Shown: positions 1 through 9,951, numbered from the stretch's first letter. The stretch is 64,000 nt of DNA from Deltaproteobacteria bacterium (GCA_029261875.1 JAJDAL010000033.1:143830-207829), one strand, 5' to 3'. Translations and numbers: made by a program. Notes: generated by a model from the letters alone, not told the origin.

Positions 1-305
1 GTCCCGAATCCCGTTCCAAAATCATCGATCGATAGGACGGGTGCATCGAATGCGAGGCGTCCAATCGGGCCGTACGACCCTTGGTTCGTTATCCGAAACG
101 TCAGGATCGGGCTTCCTCCTGCGCCCATCTCGCTATCTTCGAGCAGCAAAACCATGGTGTTGAAGCCGACGTCGTCGGTATGGAGTCGCCGAAGCAACGA
201 CCCCGGGTCCATTTCGATCTCGAGCGCCGATACGTGTCCGGATCCGAACAGTGTAAAGACAACACCAACCGCCAGCATGATTCGAGCAAACAACGTCAAC
301 TGCAT
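1..305 (-). CDS. hypothetical exported protein, 5' part only (gene runs off the left edge)
   Basis: Open-ended, so absent from the ORF track. The reverse-strand frame from ATG 305-303 is stop-free to position 1. TTG 299-297 is an alternative start and is better spaced from the AAGGAGG at 313-307. Translation: MQLTLFARIMLAVGVVFTLFGSGHVSALEIEMDPGSLLRRLHTDD... The N-terminus looks like a signal peptide. No family recognised. Confidence 0.45.
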   Translation of the reverse strand, partial: MQLTLFARIMLAVGVVFTLFGSGHVSALEIEMDPGSLLRRLHTDDVGFNTMVLLLEDSEMGAGGSPILTFRITNQGSYGPIGRLAFDAPVLSIDDFGTGFG

Positions 306-368
306 TCCTCCTTGGCACACCGCTCTGGAGATTAATTTTACTCGTTTCGAATTCAGGGTTCCTCGTCG

Positions 369-403
369 AACTCTCACGATTAAGGAGGCCAACTCTCACG
401 ATT
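369..403. repeat. two exact copies of AACTCTCACGATT (369-381 and 391-403, 22-bp period); the second copy overlaps a CTCTC-N7-GAGAG inverted repeat (393-409)
   Basis: Read directly in the AT-richer intergenic stretch 306-470. Function unknown. Confidence 0.6.
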
Positions 404-470
404 CGAGAGGCAAACAAAGCATCGACCGAAATGGGGATCGATTCATAGGTGTATGAAAGCAATGGGATGA

Positions 471-869
471 GCGGGTATCTGCGCAGGTTCTGTCAGCCAT
501 CCCGGCAGTCCGATTCCCCATGCGTGGCTCGCCATCGGCGATCGGGAAGTCTCCACTCTCGACCTCTGCGCCTACGACCGTTTCACCCTCGTCACGGGCG
601 CCGGTGGACAGCGCTGGCTCGATGCCGCCGCGAAGGTCTCCGTTGAGCTCGGCATCGAAGTCACGGGCGTGCAGGTTTCGCTCGGGCTCGCGGTCAACGA
701 CGTCGACGGCGACTGGATCCGCTGCCGAGAGATCGACGACAAGGGCTGCATCCTCGTGCGCCCCGACCGGATCATCGCCTGGAGCTCTCCCCCCGAGCGC
801 CACCATCCGATCGCAGTCGTCGCCGACTCCCGCTATGGAGACCCCCGTCTCGCGGGCGGGCTGAGGTGA
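471..869 (+). pseudogene. C-terminal remnant of a PheA/TfdB-type FAD-dependent aromatic monooxygenase
   Basis: The frame opens after an in-frame TGA at 468-470. Translation: ...PIPHAWLAIGDREVSTLDLCAYDRFTLVTGAGGQRWLDAAAKVSVELGIEVTG...DWIRCREIDDKGCILVRPDRIIAWSS... This fits the conserved C-terminal tail pattern of this flavoprotein family (PHxWL..STLDL..FTLxTG..W..AA..LG....LVRPDxxIAW). The roughly 400-aa FAD-binding part is absent. Only about 165 nt separate the stop from the divergent gene at 305. Confidence 0.55.
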
Positions 870-1073
870 TTCCGACTCGGGTCTTTGTGTGATCGGAGCG
901 CTCATTTCGCCCGCCCTCATGCCTTTCATGCATCGATGGGGATCGGAACTCCCCCCTTCCATTGGGTCGGAATCGCGATTGCCCGATACGTCCTGCAGGG
1001 AACACTGCAGCTCTTCGGGGTAAACCGGTTGGGCGCCTCGCGCGTCTAAACCCCGGGAGATGGGCCGCTCGGG

Positions 1074-2621
1074 ATGCCGCCCATGGAAGTCGCGCAGGAG
1101 GATTGGCGAAGGATGGGAATCGGTCGGTTGGATGCGCGACACGCGGCAACCGGGTGCGCGGGGAGAACGGCGCGCTCGTGCGCCAAGTGTGTGGCGCTCG
1201 TGCTGGCGTGCACCGTCCTCGGCGCGTGCGCGGGAACGCCGGCGGTGCCCCCCCCCGTCGATCTCCCCAGCGCCTTCTCCCGCGATGGTGTGCAGCCGAG
1301 AGCCGATCGCTGGTGGGAGTCCATGAACGATCCCACGCTCGATTCTCTGATCGACGAAGCCCTGCGCGAAAATTTCAACCTCGCGACACTGTGGGATCGC
1401 CTCGCCCAGGCGCGCGCGGTGGCGCGACGGGAGGGGGCGCCGCTGCTTCCAGCGCTCGACACCGAGAGCGGAGCGACTTCGACCTGGTCAGATCGCCCGG
1501 ACCGAACGACCACGAGCGGAACGCAACACGAAGAAGACTATCGCGTGGGACTGGATCTCAGCTGGGAGTTGGATCTATTCGGCCGCCTGCGCGCCGCGCG
1601 CAACGCCGCGCGTTTCGATGCACAAGCAAGTCAGGCGGAGGTCAACGCTTCTGCCATCGTGCTGACGGGACAGGTCGCGAGTCAGTGGTATTCGGTCGTC
1701 GAGCAGGTGCGGCAGCTCGCGTTGCTCGACGCGCAGATCCGGACCAACACAGAGGTGCTGCGCCTCGTCACCATGCGCTTTCGTGCGGGCCAATCGGCTG
1801 CCGCGGACGTCTTGCGCCAACGTCAATTGGTCGAGCAACGCCGCGGTGAACGGGCCCAGGTGTCCGCGCGTGCCCAGGTGGCCGCACACGCACTCGCGGT
1901 GTTGCTCGGGCGACCGCCCGTGGAGGTGGTGTTTCCCGACGCCGAAACAATGCCGGTTCCCGGGCCGCTGCCCCAGACGGGCTTGCCTGCCGCATTGCTC
2001 GAGCGCCGGCCCGACGTGCGCCGCGCCTATCTCGACATTCTCGCCGCCGACAGCCGACTGTACGCCGCGCGGGCGGACCGCTATCCGCGCTTGAGCCTCA
2101 GCGCAAAACCGGGCTTCGGGGCCGAAGAGATCGCCGATGTCGTGGACAACTGGATCGCTACGCTGGCCGGAAATCTCGTGGCGCCGTTGTTCGATGGCGG
2201 CCGGCGTCGGGCGGAAATCGATCGCACGCGGGCGCTGGTTTCCGAACGCATTCACGGCTACGGCCAGGTGGTCCTGATCGCGTTGCGCGAGGTCGAGGAC
2301 GCGTTGGTGCAGGAAGCGAGACAACGCGACTTGATCGAGAGCCTGGAGGCCCAATCCACGCTTGCACGCCAGACCCTGGAGCGACTGCGCGATCGCTATC
2401 TGAAGGGCGCCGTAAACTATCTCGACGTGCTCGATGCCCTGGCGAGCCAGCAGACGCTCGAGCGCAGTCTGGTGACGGCGCGACGCGAGCTCCTGGATTT
2501 CCGGATCGCGTTGCACCGCGCCCTGGCCGGCAGCTTCGAACTCGAGCCCGCGGACCTGGCGGTGGTGGAAGAACGGCATGAGGGCCGCAACCGGCGCGAG
2601 AGCTCGGAAACGACGTCGTGA
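1074..2621 (+). CDS. RND efflux outer-membrane factor lipoprotein (NodT/TolC-like)
   Basis: 515-aa track ORF; the true start is possibly ATG 1113. Lipobox-like VLGAC|AG follows a hydrophobic stretch. Contains the RWWESMNDPTLDSLIDEALRENFNLATLWDRLAQARA motif typical of NodT-family OMFs. First gene of an OMF-MFP-RND operon. Confidence 0.85.
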   Translation: MPPMEVAQEDWRRMGIGRLDARHAATGCAGRTARSCAKCVALVLACTVLGACAGTPAVPPPVDLPSAFSRDGVQPRADRWWESMNDPTLDSLIDEALRENFNLATLWDRLAQARAVARREGAPLLPALDTESGATSTWSDRPDRTTTSGTQHEEDYRVGLDLSWELDLFGRLRAARNAARFDAQASQAEVNASAIVLTGQVASQWYSVVEQVRQLALLDAQIRTNTEVLRLVTMRFRAGQSAAADVLRQRQLVEQRRGERAQVSARAQVAAHALAVLLGRPPVEVVFPDAETMPVPGPLPQTGLPAALLERRPDVRRAYLDILAADSRLYAARADRYPRLSLSAKPGFGAEEIADVVDNWIATLAGNLVAPLFDGGRRRAEIDRTRALVSERIHGYGQVVLIALREVEDALVQEARQRDLIESLEAQSTLARQTLERLRDRYLKGAVNYLDVLDALASQQTLERSLVTARRELLDFRIALHRALAGSFELEPADLAVVEERHEGRNRRESSETTS

Positions 2622-3940
2622 CCGAACCGGACCCGAAGCGTCGTGGCCCCCTGCGTACGGTCGAAGTCGAGGGCGCCGAAGTCACGGTGTCGGGCGCGAC
2701 GCCCCAGGGTTCGCAGCCCCGTTGGCGCGCGGCGCTGATTCCCATTGCGATCCTCGCCGGCTGCGCGGTCCTCGCGGTGGTGGTGATCGAGACCAGCCCG
2801 GTTGCCGAGCGGAAGGCGCGTCCGTTGCGTGCGCGCCTGGTGGAGGTGGTTCCCGCGGAAGTCTCGACCGCGACCACGCAGGTCGTCGCCATGGGGACCG
2901 TGGTAGCGACGCGCGAAGTCGTGTTGAAACCCCAGGTCAGCGGGCGCGTTGTGGAAGTGAGTCCGGAATTCGTGCCCGGCGGCCGCTTCGAGCCCGGCCA
3001 GGTGATGCTGCGCGTCGATCCGAGCGACTACGAACTCGCTGTGCGTCAGCGCGAGAGCGAGTTGGCTCAGCACCGCGCGGACCTCCGCATGGAGCAGGGA
3101 AATCAGTCCGTGGCGCGTCTCGAGTTCGAGTTGCTCGGCGAAAGCGTGTCCGAAGAGGATCGCGACCTCGTGCTGCGCGAGCCCCAGCTCGATCGCGTGC
3201 GCGCTCGCGTGGGCGCGGCGGAAGCCGCCCTCGCCCAGGCGAAACTCGACCTCGAGCGCACGGTAGTGCGCTCGCCGTTTCACAGCTGGGTGCGCGAGCG
3301 GGGTGTCGAGCTCGGCACGCGCGTCGATTCCGGAACCGTTCTGGCCACGCTGGTCGGCACGAGTGACTACTGGGTGGAAGTCGTGGTGCCCGTGAACCAG
3401 CTGCGTTGGATCGAGATCCCGAGCACACCGGAGGAGACCGGATCGGTGGCGCAGATCGGCGACGCCGGTGCGTGGGGGCCGGGTGTGTACCGCGAAGGAC
3501 ACGTGGTGCGCTTGCTGGGTGACCTCGAACACGAGGGCCGCATGGCCCGCGTGCTGGTTCGGGTGGAAGACCCGTTGGCGCTCGAGTCCGACGACCCGGG
3601 TGTGCCGCCGCTGCTGCTCGGCTCCTTCGTGAACGTGCGCATCGACGGGCATTCCCTCGACAACGTGGTGGCCCTCGATCGCACGCTGTTGCGCGATGGA
3701 GACCGCGTGTGGGTGATGGGATCGGACGACGCACTCGAGATCCGCGAGGTTCGCGTGGTCTTCCGCAGCGAAGACCGCGTTCTCGTTCGCGAAGGACTTC
3801 GCGCCGGCGAACGCTTGGTGAAGTCGGATCTCTCCTCACCGGTAACGGGAATGGCGCTGCGCACCCGCGAATCCGATTCGGAATCGGGCGAGGCCACGGC
3901 AACGCCGCCGCCTACGCCGAAAGCATCCCGTGACGACTGA
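2618..3940 (+). CDS. RND efflux periplasmic adaptor (membrane fusion protein, HlyD family)
   Basis: 440 aa. The GTG start overlaps the upstream stop (GTGA at 2618-2621). N-terminal membrane anchor AALIPIAILAGCAVLAVVVI. Coiled-coil hairpin region (ELAQHRADLRMEQG...AEAALAQAKLDLERT) and beta-barrel segments typical of MFPs. Confidence 0.85.
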   Translation: MTEPDPKRRGPLRTVEVEGAEVTVSGATPQGSQPRWRAALIPIAILAGCAVLAVVVIETSPVAERKARPLRARLVEVVPAEVSTATTQVVAMGTVVATREVVLKPQVSGRVVEVSPEFVPGGRFEPGQVMLRVDPSDYELAVRQRESELAQHRADLRMEQGNQSVARLEFELLGESVSEEDRDLVLREPQLDRVRARVGAAEAALAQAKLDLERTVVRSPFHSWVRERGVELGTRVDSGTVLATLVGTSDYWVEVVVPVNQLRWIEIPSTPEETGSVAQIGDAGAWGPGVYREGHVVRLLGDLEHEGRMARVLVRVEDPLALESDDPGVPPLLLGSFVNVRIDGHSLDNVVALDRTLLRDGDRVWVMGSDDALEIREVRVVFRSEDRVLVREGLRAGERLVKSDLSSPVTGMALRTRESDSESGEATATPPPTPKASRDD

Positions 3941-6900
3941 TCCCGACGCGCGCGGTCCGATCGCCTGGATGGTGCACCATCGCGTGGCGCCGAATCTCTT
4001 GATGCTCGTGTTGATCGTGGGCGGCGTTCTCATGGCGACGCGCATCCAGCAGGAGATCTTTCCCCAGTTCGATCTCGATACCGTGTCCGTAGTCGTCCCC
4101 TATCCCGGAGCGAGCCCCGAGGAGGTGGAAGAAGCCGTCGTTCTCGTGGTGGAAGAGGCGGTGCGCACGATCGCCGGCGTAAAGGAGGTGATCGCCACCG
4201 CGAGCGAGGGCGCGGGCTCGGTCGTCGTCGAGATGGACGAGGATGCAGATGCCCCGCGCGTCTTCCAGGACATTCAGCAGGCCGTGGCGCGCGTGCGCAC
4301 CTTCCCCGTCGACGCCGAGGAGCCGCGGGTCAGCCTGGCTCTGCGCCGACGATCGGTGCTGGAGCTGCAGCTCTACGGCGACGTCGCGGAGTTCGTGCTG
4401 CGCGACCTGGCGGAGCAGCTGCGCGATCGGCTCCTGCAAGAATCCGAAATCACCCAGGTCGACTTGCGCGGCGCGCGTGCGACGGAGATCCACGTGGAGA
4501 TCTCCCAGGCGGATCTGCGGCGCTACGGGTTGACACTATCCGGTGTCGCCTCACGCCTGCGCAGCACGGCTCTCGATGTTCCGGGGGGGAAGATCGACAC
4601 CCCGGGTGGTGAGGTGCTGTTGCGGGTGAAGGAACGGCGCAACTGGGCCCACGAGTTCGCCGAGATCCCCATCGTTACCACGGCGTCTGGGGCGTCCTTG
4701 CGATTGGGCGACGTCGCGCAGGTGAGTGAGGGGTTCGAGGACACCCATCGCAATGCCACCTACAACGGTTTGCCCGCCATTCGACTGGACGTATTCCGCG
4801 TGGGAGACCAGACGCCCGTGAGTGTTTCCCAAGCCGGGCGCCGGGCCCTGGCGGACATCGAAGCGGACCTCCCGCCAGGTGTCCGCATCGCAATCCAGGA
4901 CGACGATTCGGAGATCTACACCCAACGCCGCGACTTGCTCGTGAAGAATCTGCTGTTGGGACTCACGCTGGTGCTGTGTGTGTTGGGCGTTTTTCTCGAA
5001 CCGCGCCTGGCCTTCTGGGTCACCATGGGCATACCGACTTCCTTCCTCGGCGCGTTCCTGCTGCTGCCGTGGATGGGAATCACGATCAACATGATCTCGA
5101 TGTTCGCGTTCCTGGTGGCGCTCGGAATCGTGGTGGACGATGCCATCGTGGCGGGCGAGAACATCCACGAGCACCGCGAGCGCGGGATGGAGCCCGAAGA
5201 GGCGGCGATCAAGGGGGCGCGCGACGTCGCGACGCCCATCGGGAGCAGCATTCTCACCAACCTGATTGCCTTTGCGCCCCTGGCCCTGGTGCCGGGTCGG
5301 TTGGGGAAGATCTGGTATTCGATTCCCCTGGTGGTGGGGAGCGTGTTCGTGATTTCGTGGATCGAGTCGCTGCTGATTCTGCCATCTCATCTCGCCCACG
5401 CGTCGCCGTCGCGGCGGGGACGGTTGCAGCGGTTTCGCGATGCGGTGCAGCGCCACTTCACGCACTTCGTCGAGCGGCGCTATGCGCCTTTCCTCGCTAC
5501 CGCGGTGCGCTATCGCTACGTCACGGTTGCGGCGGGCGTGGGGGTGCTCGTGGTCATCATCGCCTATGTGGTCTCCGGGCGCTTGGGCATGGTGTTGATG
5601 CCGCGCGTGGAATCGGATCGCGCGGTGGCGACGGCGCGACTTTCCTTCGGAAGCCCACTGGCGGCGGCGGAGTCCGTGCGCGATCGACTGTTGGACGGCG
5701 CGCGGGCCGTGGCGGATGCGGGCGGGGGGGAAACGCTCGTCACCGGAACCTTCGCCCTGATCGAGGAGAACAGCGTAGAGGTCGACGTCTACCTCACGCC
5801 GCCGGGCGTGCGGCCGCTCTCTACCGCCGAAGTGTCCCGTCGCTGGCGCGAGGCGGTGGGCGCCATTCCCGGAGTCGAGTCCCTGCGCTTCGAGTCGAAC
5901 GCCGGCGGTCCCGGGCGCGGTGCCGCGTTGACGGTGGAACTCTCCCACCGCGACGTCGAAGTGCTGGATCGCGCCAGTGAGCAGCTCGCCGCAACCCTCG
6001 AGCAGTTCCCCAACACCAAGGACGTGGACGACGGCTACTCGCCCGGAAAACCCCAACTCGATTTTCGTCTGCTCCCCGCCGCGCGCAGCCTGGGACTCTC
6101 TTCCGCCGATGTGGCGCGCCAGGTACGCGACGCGTTCTACGGCGCGGAGGCGCTGCGTCAGCAACGCGGTCGGGATGAGGTTAAGGTTCAGGTGCGTCGT
6201 CCCGAGCGCGAACGCGTGAGCCTCGCGAATGTGGAGCACCTGTTGATCCGCACGCCGGCCGGAACCGACGTACCGCTGCTGGAGATCGCGGAAGTGGAAC
6301 GCGGGCGCGCCTACACGCGCATCAATCGCCGCAATGGAAGACGCACGGTTTCCGTTACCGCCGACGTAACCCCCCAGGATCAGACCAACCAAGTGCTTGC
6401 CGCGGTGCGGACCCAGGAGATTCCGCAGCTGGTGCGCGACTACCCGGGGCTCGCCACCAGCTTCGAAGGGCGCCAGGCCGACATGCGGGAATCCCTGGCG
6501 GCCCTGCGCAATGGATTTCTCGTGGCGTTGCTCGCCATCTATGCCGTCCTCGCGTTGCCGTTTCGCAGTTACCTGCAGCCCGCCATCGTGATGCTCGCCA
6601 TCCCCTTCGGCATCGTGGGTGCGGTTCTCGGGCACTGGATCATGGGTTTCAGCCTGAGTGTGATCAGCATGATGGGAATCATCGCGCTCTCGGGCGTGGT
6701 GGTGAACGATTCGCTGGTGATGATCGACTACGCCAACCGCCGACGCCAGGAGGGGGCGACTGCCTACGAGGCCATCATGCGCGCCGGGACGCGCCGCTTT
6801 CGTCCCATCTTGTTGACGACGCTCACCACGTTTGGCGGCCTCGCACCGATGATCTTCGAGACCTCCCGCCAAGCGCGCTTCATGATCCCCATGGCAATTT

Positions 6901-7025
6901 CCCTGGGCTACGGAATTCTCTTCGCCACCTTCATAACGCTGCTCCTGGTCCCGGCCCTCTATCTGATCCTCGAAGACGTCCGCGATCGGATCCGTCCGCC
7001 GAGCCGCTTTGGCGCACGTATTTGA
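3930..7025 (+). CDS. RND efflux transporter permease (AcrB/CzcA superfamily)
   Basis: 1031 aa, overlapping the MFP gene by 11 nt. N-terminus (VHHRVAPNLLMLVLIVGGVLMATRIQQEIFPQFDLDTVSVVVPYPGASPEEVE) and the 12-TM, two-large-loop layout are typical of RND pumps. Confidence 0.9.
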   Translation: MTTDPDARGPIAWMVHHRVAPNLLMLVLIVGGVLMATRIQQEIFPQFDLDTVSVVVPYPGASPEEVEEAVVLVVEEAVRTIAGVKEVIATASEGAGSVVVEMDEDADAPRVFQDIQQAVARVRTFPVDAEEPRVSLALRRRSVLELQLYGDVAEFVLRDLAEQLRDRLLQESEITQVDLRGARATEIHVEISQADLRRYGLTLSGVASRLRSTALDVPGGKIDTPGGEVLLRVKERRNWAHEFAEIPIVTTASGASLRLGDVAQVSEGFEDTHRNATYNGLPAIRLDVFRVGDQTPVSVSQAGRRALADIEADLPPGVRIAIQDDDSEIYTQRRDLLVKNLLLGLTLVLCVLGVFLEPRLAFWVTMGIPTSFLGAFLLLPWMGITINMISMFAFLVALGIVVDDAIVAGENIHEHRERGMEPEEAAIKGARDVATPIGSSILTNLIAFAPLALVPGRLGKIWYSIPLVVGSVFVISWIESLLILPSHLAHASPSRRGRLQRFRDAVQRHFTHFVERRYAPFLATAVRYRYVTVAAGVGVLVVIIAYVVSGRLGMVLMPRVESDRAVATARLSFGSPLAAAESVRDRLLDGARAVADAGGGETLVTGTFALIEENSVEVDVYLTPPGVRPLSTAEVSRRWREAVGAIPGVESLRFESNAGGPGRGAALTVELSHRDVEVLDRASEQLAATLEQFPNTKDVDDGYSPGKPQLDFRLLPAARSLGLSSADVARQVRDAFYGAEALRQQRGRDEVKVQVRRPERERVSLANVEHLLIRTPAGTDVPLLEIAEVERGRAYTRINRRNGRRTVSVTADVTPQDQTNQVLAAVRTQEIPQLVRDYPGLATSFEGRQADMRESLAALRNGFLVALLAIYAVLALPFRSYLQPAIVMLAIPFGIVGAVLGHWIMGFSLSVISMMGIIALSGVVVNDSLVMIDYANRRRQEGATAYEAIMRAGTRRFRPILLTTLTTFGGLAPMIFETSRQARFMIPMAISLGYGILFATFITLLLVPALYLILEDVRDRIRPPSRFGARI

Positions 7026-7068
7026 TCTTTGCGGTCGAACGGACACGCTAGAGCGCTAATCTGGGCAC

Positions 7069-8817
7069 GTGACGATTCCCGCGCCCACTGAGCTACCCCG
7101 TACTCCCTTTGAGGATGGAGCCGCATCCGGGTTCGCTCGCTTGCAGCGCGGCGAGATCGTGATCGTTCGACAATTGCCCGAGATCCATCAGCTGCGGGGC
7201 TTCTTGGTTGATCGGGTGGCCGCGGCGATGCCCTCGACGGATGCGGACGAAGTCCGCGCACAGCTGGACGACCCTCAGCGATTCACGATTCCGGTGCTCG
7301 AAGCGCTGTATCTCGAACTGCGTGAACTCCGCGACAGCCGCTTCGTCTCGTGTCTTTTTTCGGATTTCGTTTCGCGGCTGGGGCTTCCGAAGCCCATCAA
7401 GATCGATACCGGCCATTTTCGGTTCGTGCTTCCGTTTCTTCACGCGAACTTGCGCGAGGCCGTGGGGAACCGGTTTCGGGACGAACGTGAACCCGAAGCC
7501 AACGATGTGGAACCGATGATCTGCAGCCACATGGCGGCCGGTGTCCACCGCGATCTCGATGTGGCGCACCAGACGTTTCAGATCAACTTCTTCTTCGCAC
7601 TGCACCCACTCAGCGAAAAGCAGACGTTGGTTCTTTTCCCGAATGCCTACCGCCAATCGAAGCCCTACTACCCGGACTACCAGGGCGAACTCAACCCCGC
7701 CAAATGGGGGTACGGGGATCCACTCCAGATCCCGCTCGACGTGGGCGACATGATCCTGTTTCACTCGCAACACTTTCACGGGTCATCCTCGCAAACGCCT
7801 GAACGCAACCGGCTGTCGGTCGAGATCCGAGTCGCCTCCGCGTGCGACGACGACAACGCAACCCTCTACCGCCGAACGTTCTGGGATCTGCGGAATTTCG
7901 AAGGCGCCGAGTCTCCCTTCGACCGTGCGAAACGCCTGATCGAACCGCGGGCCCCGCTAGCGAGCGAACCATCCGCGGAAACGCCCCAACTCGGATTTCG
8001 TCGTCTGTTTGCAGACTCGTTTTCCGCTCGGCAAGCTTCTTATGGCTTGGCGGATACCGCCGTTCTATCAAACGCTCCAGAGCGTGCGATCCCAACCTGG
8101 GACGTGATGCTCAAGTCTCTGGATGGAAGTCCGTTCAGTGAAGACCGGCACGTCGCCCTGGCCCGCACGATGCTCGCCCGCGGCACGACCGATCGGGCGA
8201 CGTCCTGCCTTCGCGATGTCGCAAATCGAACCGATCGCTACTTCTGGCTGCTCGAAGTGGCTCGCATCGCGGGCTCGGCGGGCAATCGCGAGCTCGCTCG
8301 ATACGCGCTGGAGAAGGCCGTCGGGGTCGCTGCGCGGTCCAACGATTCGATGGGGCAGTACTCCACAACCCCGGTTCGCCATGGCGAGGTCCTCCAGCTC
8401 ACCCCGCGAATGGCCCACCGGATCGCTCGGACGTTTCTCCGACAGGTTCGCAAGTCGGATACCGGCCCGTGGTTCCTCGATCCGAGGACCTTTCTCCCCC
8501 CTGCCCTCGTCTCTTCCTATATGCATGCCGACGTTTTTCGAACGGGGTTCCTCTACACCGCCCTTCCCGCCGGAAGCCGATTTACACCGGAAGGCGTCCT
8601 CCGAGGAAAGGCAATCGTTCACGGAGGTTCGGAATCCGCGATCGTTTCAGCGGCGGGGGATCAACTGGGTTCGAGACTCGCCGCCCCACGGGCGGTTCCG
8701 CGATCGCATCGACTCCTCGGCAAACTCGAACAGAGTCTCCGGGTTCCGCTCGATCGCTTCCGTTACAACTGGGACCGACGATTTCGTCGTATCGACGCCG
8801 GTTCGATTCCAGATTAG
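7069..8817 (+). CDS. PhyH-like Fe(II)/2-oxoglutarate oxygenase domain protein with a C-terminal helical-repeat region
   Basis: 582 aa, GTG start. Candidate facial triad: HRD in AAGVHRDLD, then the distal His in DMILFHSQHFHGS, with a downstream Arg (RLSVEIR). The C-terminal roughly 280 aa is alpha-helical and TPR-like (LARTMLARGTTDRATSCLRDVANRTDRYFWLLEVARIAGSAGNRELARYALEKAV). Confidence 0.5.
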   Translation: MTIPAPTELPRTPFEDGAASGFARLQRGEIVIVRQLPEIHQLRGFLVDRVAAAMPSTDADEVRAQLDDPQRFTIPVLEALYLELRELRDSRFVSCLFSDFVSRLGLPKPIKIDTGHFRFVLPFLHANLREAVGNRFRDEREPEANDVEPMICSHMAAGVHRDLDVAHQTFQINFFFALHPLSEKQTLVLFPNAYRQSKPYYPDYQGELNPAKWGYGDPLQIPLDVGDMILFHSQHFHGSSSQTPERNRLSVEIRVASACDDDNATLYRRTFWDLRNFEGAESPFDRAKRLIEPRAPLASEPSAETPQLGFRRLFADSFSARQASYGLADTAVLSNAPERAIPTWDVMLKSLDGSPFSEDRHVALARTMLARGTTDRATSCLRDVANRTDRYFWLLEVARIAGSAGNRELARYALEKAVGVAARSNDSMGQYSTTPVRHGEVLQLTPRMAHRIARTFLRQVRKSDTGPWFLDPRTFLPPALVSSYMHADVFRTGFLYTALPAGSRFTPEGVLRGKAIVHGGSESAIVSAAGDQLGSRLAAPRAVPRSHRLLGKLEQSLRVPLDRFRYNWDRRFRRIDAGSIPD

Positions 8818-8841
8818 GATCTGCATCCGGGGGGAAGCTAC

Positions 8842-9951
8842 GTGAGCAGATGGGGGTCACTCAATCGTCGTCCGGATCGGCTGCCGCTGGCCGTCCGGAT
8901 CCTCCGTAGGCTGCACGTCCTTCCGTCCTTCATTCCCTCCAAGGACTTTCTCACGACGCTCTTTGACGGGGACGCAACGAATGCGGACGTCGCCCTCACC
9001 GAGGCTTTCCGATCGCTTCCGGACGAGTTCAAGCTGATCGGTCCTGCAGACGCCGTCGATCGACTCGCCGCCCTCGCACCGAGTGGGAAACACGCGATTC
9101 CCGTGCACTGGGAATTCGGCCATCCCATCCCCCCCGTCTCAGCTGGAGTCCACATTTTTGCCGTCTCCCCGACGTCGGAAAGCGAGTGGGATCAGTTTCG
9201 ACAATGGCAAGACCAGCTCGGGTCCAATCTCTTGACGTCCTGGGGGCTCGCCCTCCCCTTCGCAACGCTCCCGTCTTTGCAAAAGCTCGTAGATTTCAAC
9301 AGCGATTCTTTTTCCGGGCTTTGCGATTTCTACGCGGGCCGCGGATTCTCCGTCCCGGTTGCGGAATCGGGCGACATATCCCTCGACTTCAAGGGCAAGA
9401 GCGTCGTCGAGTTTGGTCCCTCGGACGGTTGCCACACAGGGGGGATCGTTGCGGGCGGAGCAGCACGCGTGTTGTGTGTCGAGGCGCGACCGGAAAACGT
9501 CGTCAAACTACTGGCGGCTCGTCAGTCGTTCGGCTGGAACCCAGTCGAAGTCCTGCCCGAAAACTTTCACGCGATCCATCCTGCAGTCCACGGCCGCTTC
9601 GACATCGCCTACGCCCACGGCGTCTACTATCACACCAACGCCCCGCTCCATTTCCTCGAGAATCTCACGCGCCTCAGCGACGAGATTTATATCGGTGGCT
9701 GGTGCGCTAGCGACGCCAAGCCCGACGTACCCTGGGAAGAATGGAAATATCGAGGCGAGACGTATCGCGGGAAGACCTACAAAGAACCCATGCACTTCCT
9801 CTCGGGAATTCAACAAACCAGCGTCTACCTCGACGCCGAAAGCTTGGACCGATTCTTCGAACACCGCGGGTTCAAAGTCTTCACCGTTTCGCGGGAACAA
9901 TCCCTCCCGGACGTGACTGGGGACTTCTATCGCTTCATCGCTCGTCGCTAG
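8842..9951 (+). CDS. class I SAM-dependent methyltransferase-domain protein with an unknown ~190-aa N-terminal region
   Basis: 369 aa. Motif I-like VVEFGPSDGCHTGGIV. Acidic post-I VLCVEARPENV. Motif II-like FDIAYAHGVYYH. Confidence 0.5.
   Translation: MSRWGSLNRRPDRLPLAVRILRRLHVLPSFIPSKDFLTTLFDGDATNADVALTEAFRSLPDEFKLIGPADAVDRLAALAPSGKHAIPVHWEFGHPIPPVSAGVHIFAVSPTSESEWDQFRQWQDQLGSNLLTSWGLALPFATLPSLQKLVDFNSDSFSGLCDFYAGRGFSVPVAESGDISLDFKGKSVVEFGPSDGCHTGGIVAGGAARVLCVEARPENVVKLLAARQSFGWNPVEVLPENFHAIHPAVHGRFDIAYAHGVYYHTNAPLHFLENLTRLSDEIYIGGWCASDAKPDVPWEEWKYRGETYRGKTYKEPMHFLSGIQQTSVYLDAESLDRFFEHRGFKVFTVSREQSLPDVTGDFYRFIARR

Noticed and set aside
2417-3652. 411-aa reverse ORF over the MFP gene, and similar long off-frame or antisense ORFs: 28497..29705-, 31827..33269+, 33444..35039+, 36221..37531-, 36697..38358+, 40037..41125-, 40135..41550+, 47782..48855-, 51054..52805-, 53105..54412-, 23049..23993-
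   Set aside because: Every one overlaps a same-locus ORF with clear family motifs. Their translations are Arg/Gly/Pro/His-rich and featureless. These are GC-driven open frames, not genes.
4551-7046. 831-aa ORF antisense to the RND permease gene
   Set aside because: The translation is low-complexity and rich in Arg, Gly, His and Asp, with no motif. It fully overlaps a gene with unmistakable RND features. This is a typical shadow ORF in GC-rich DNA.
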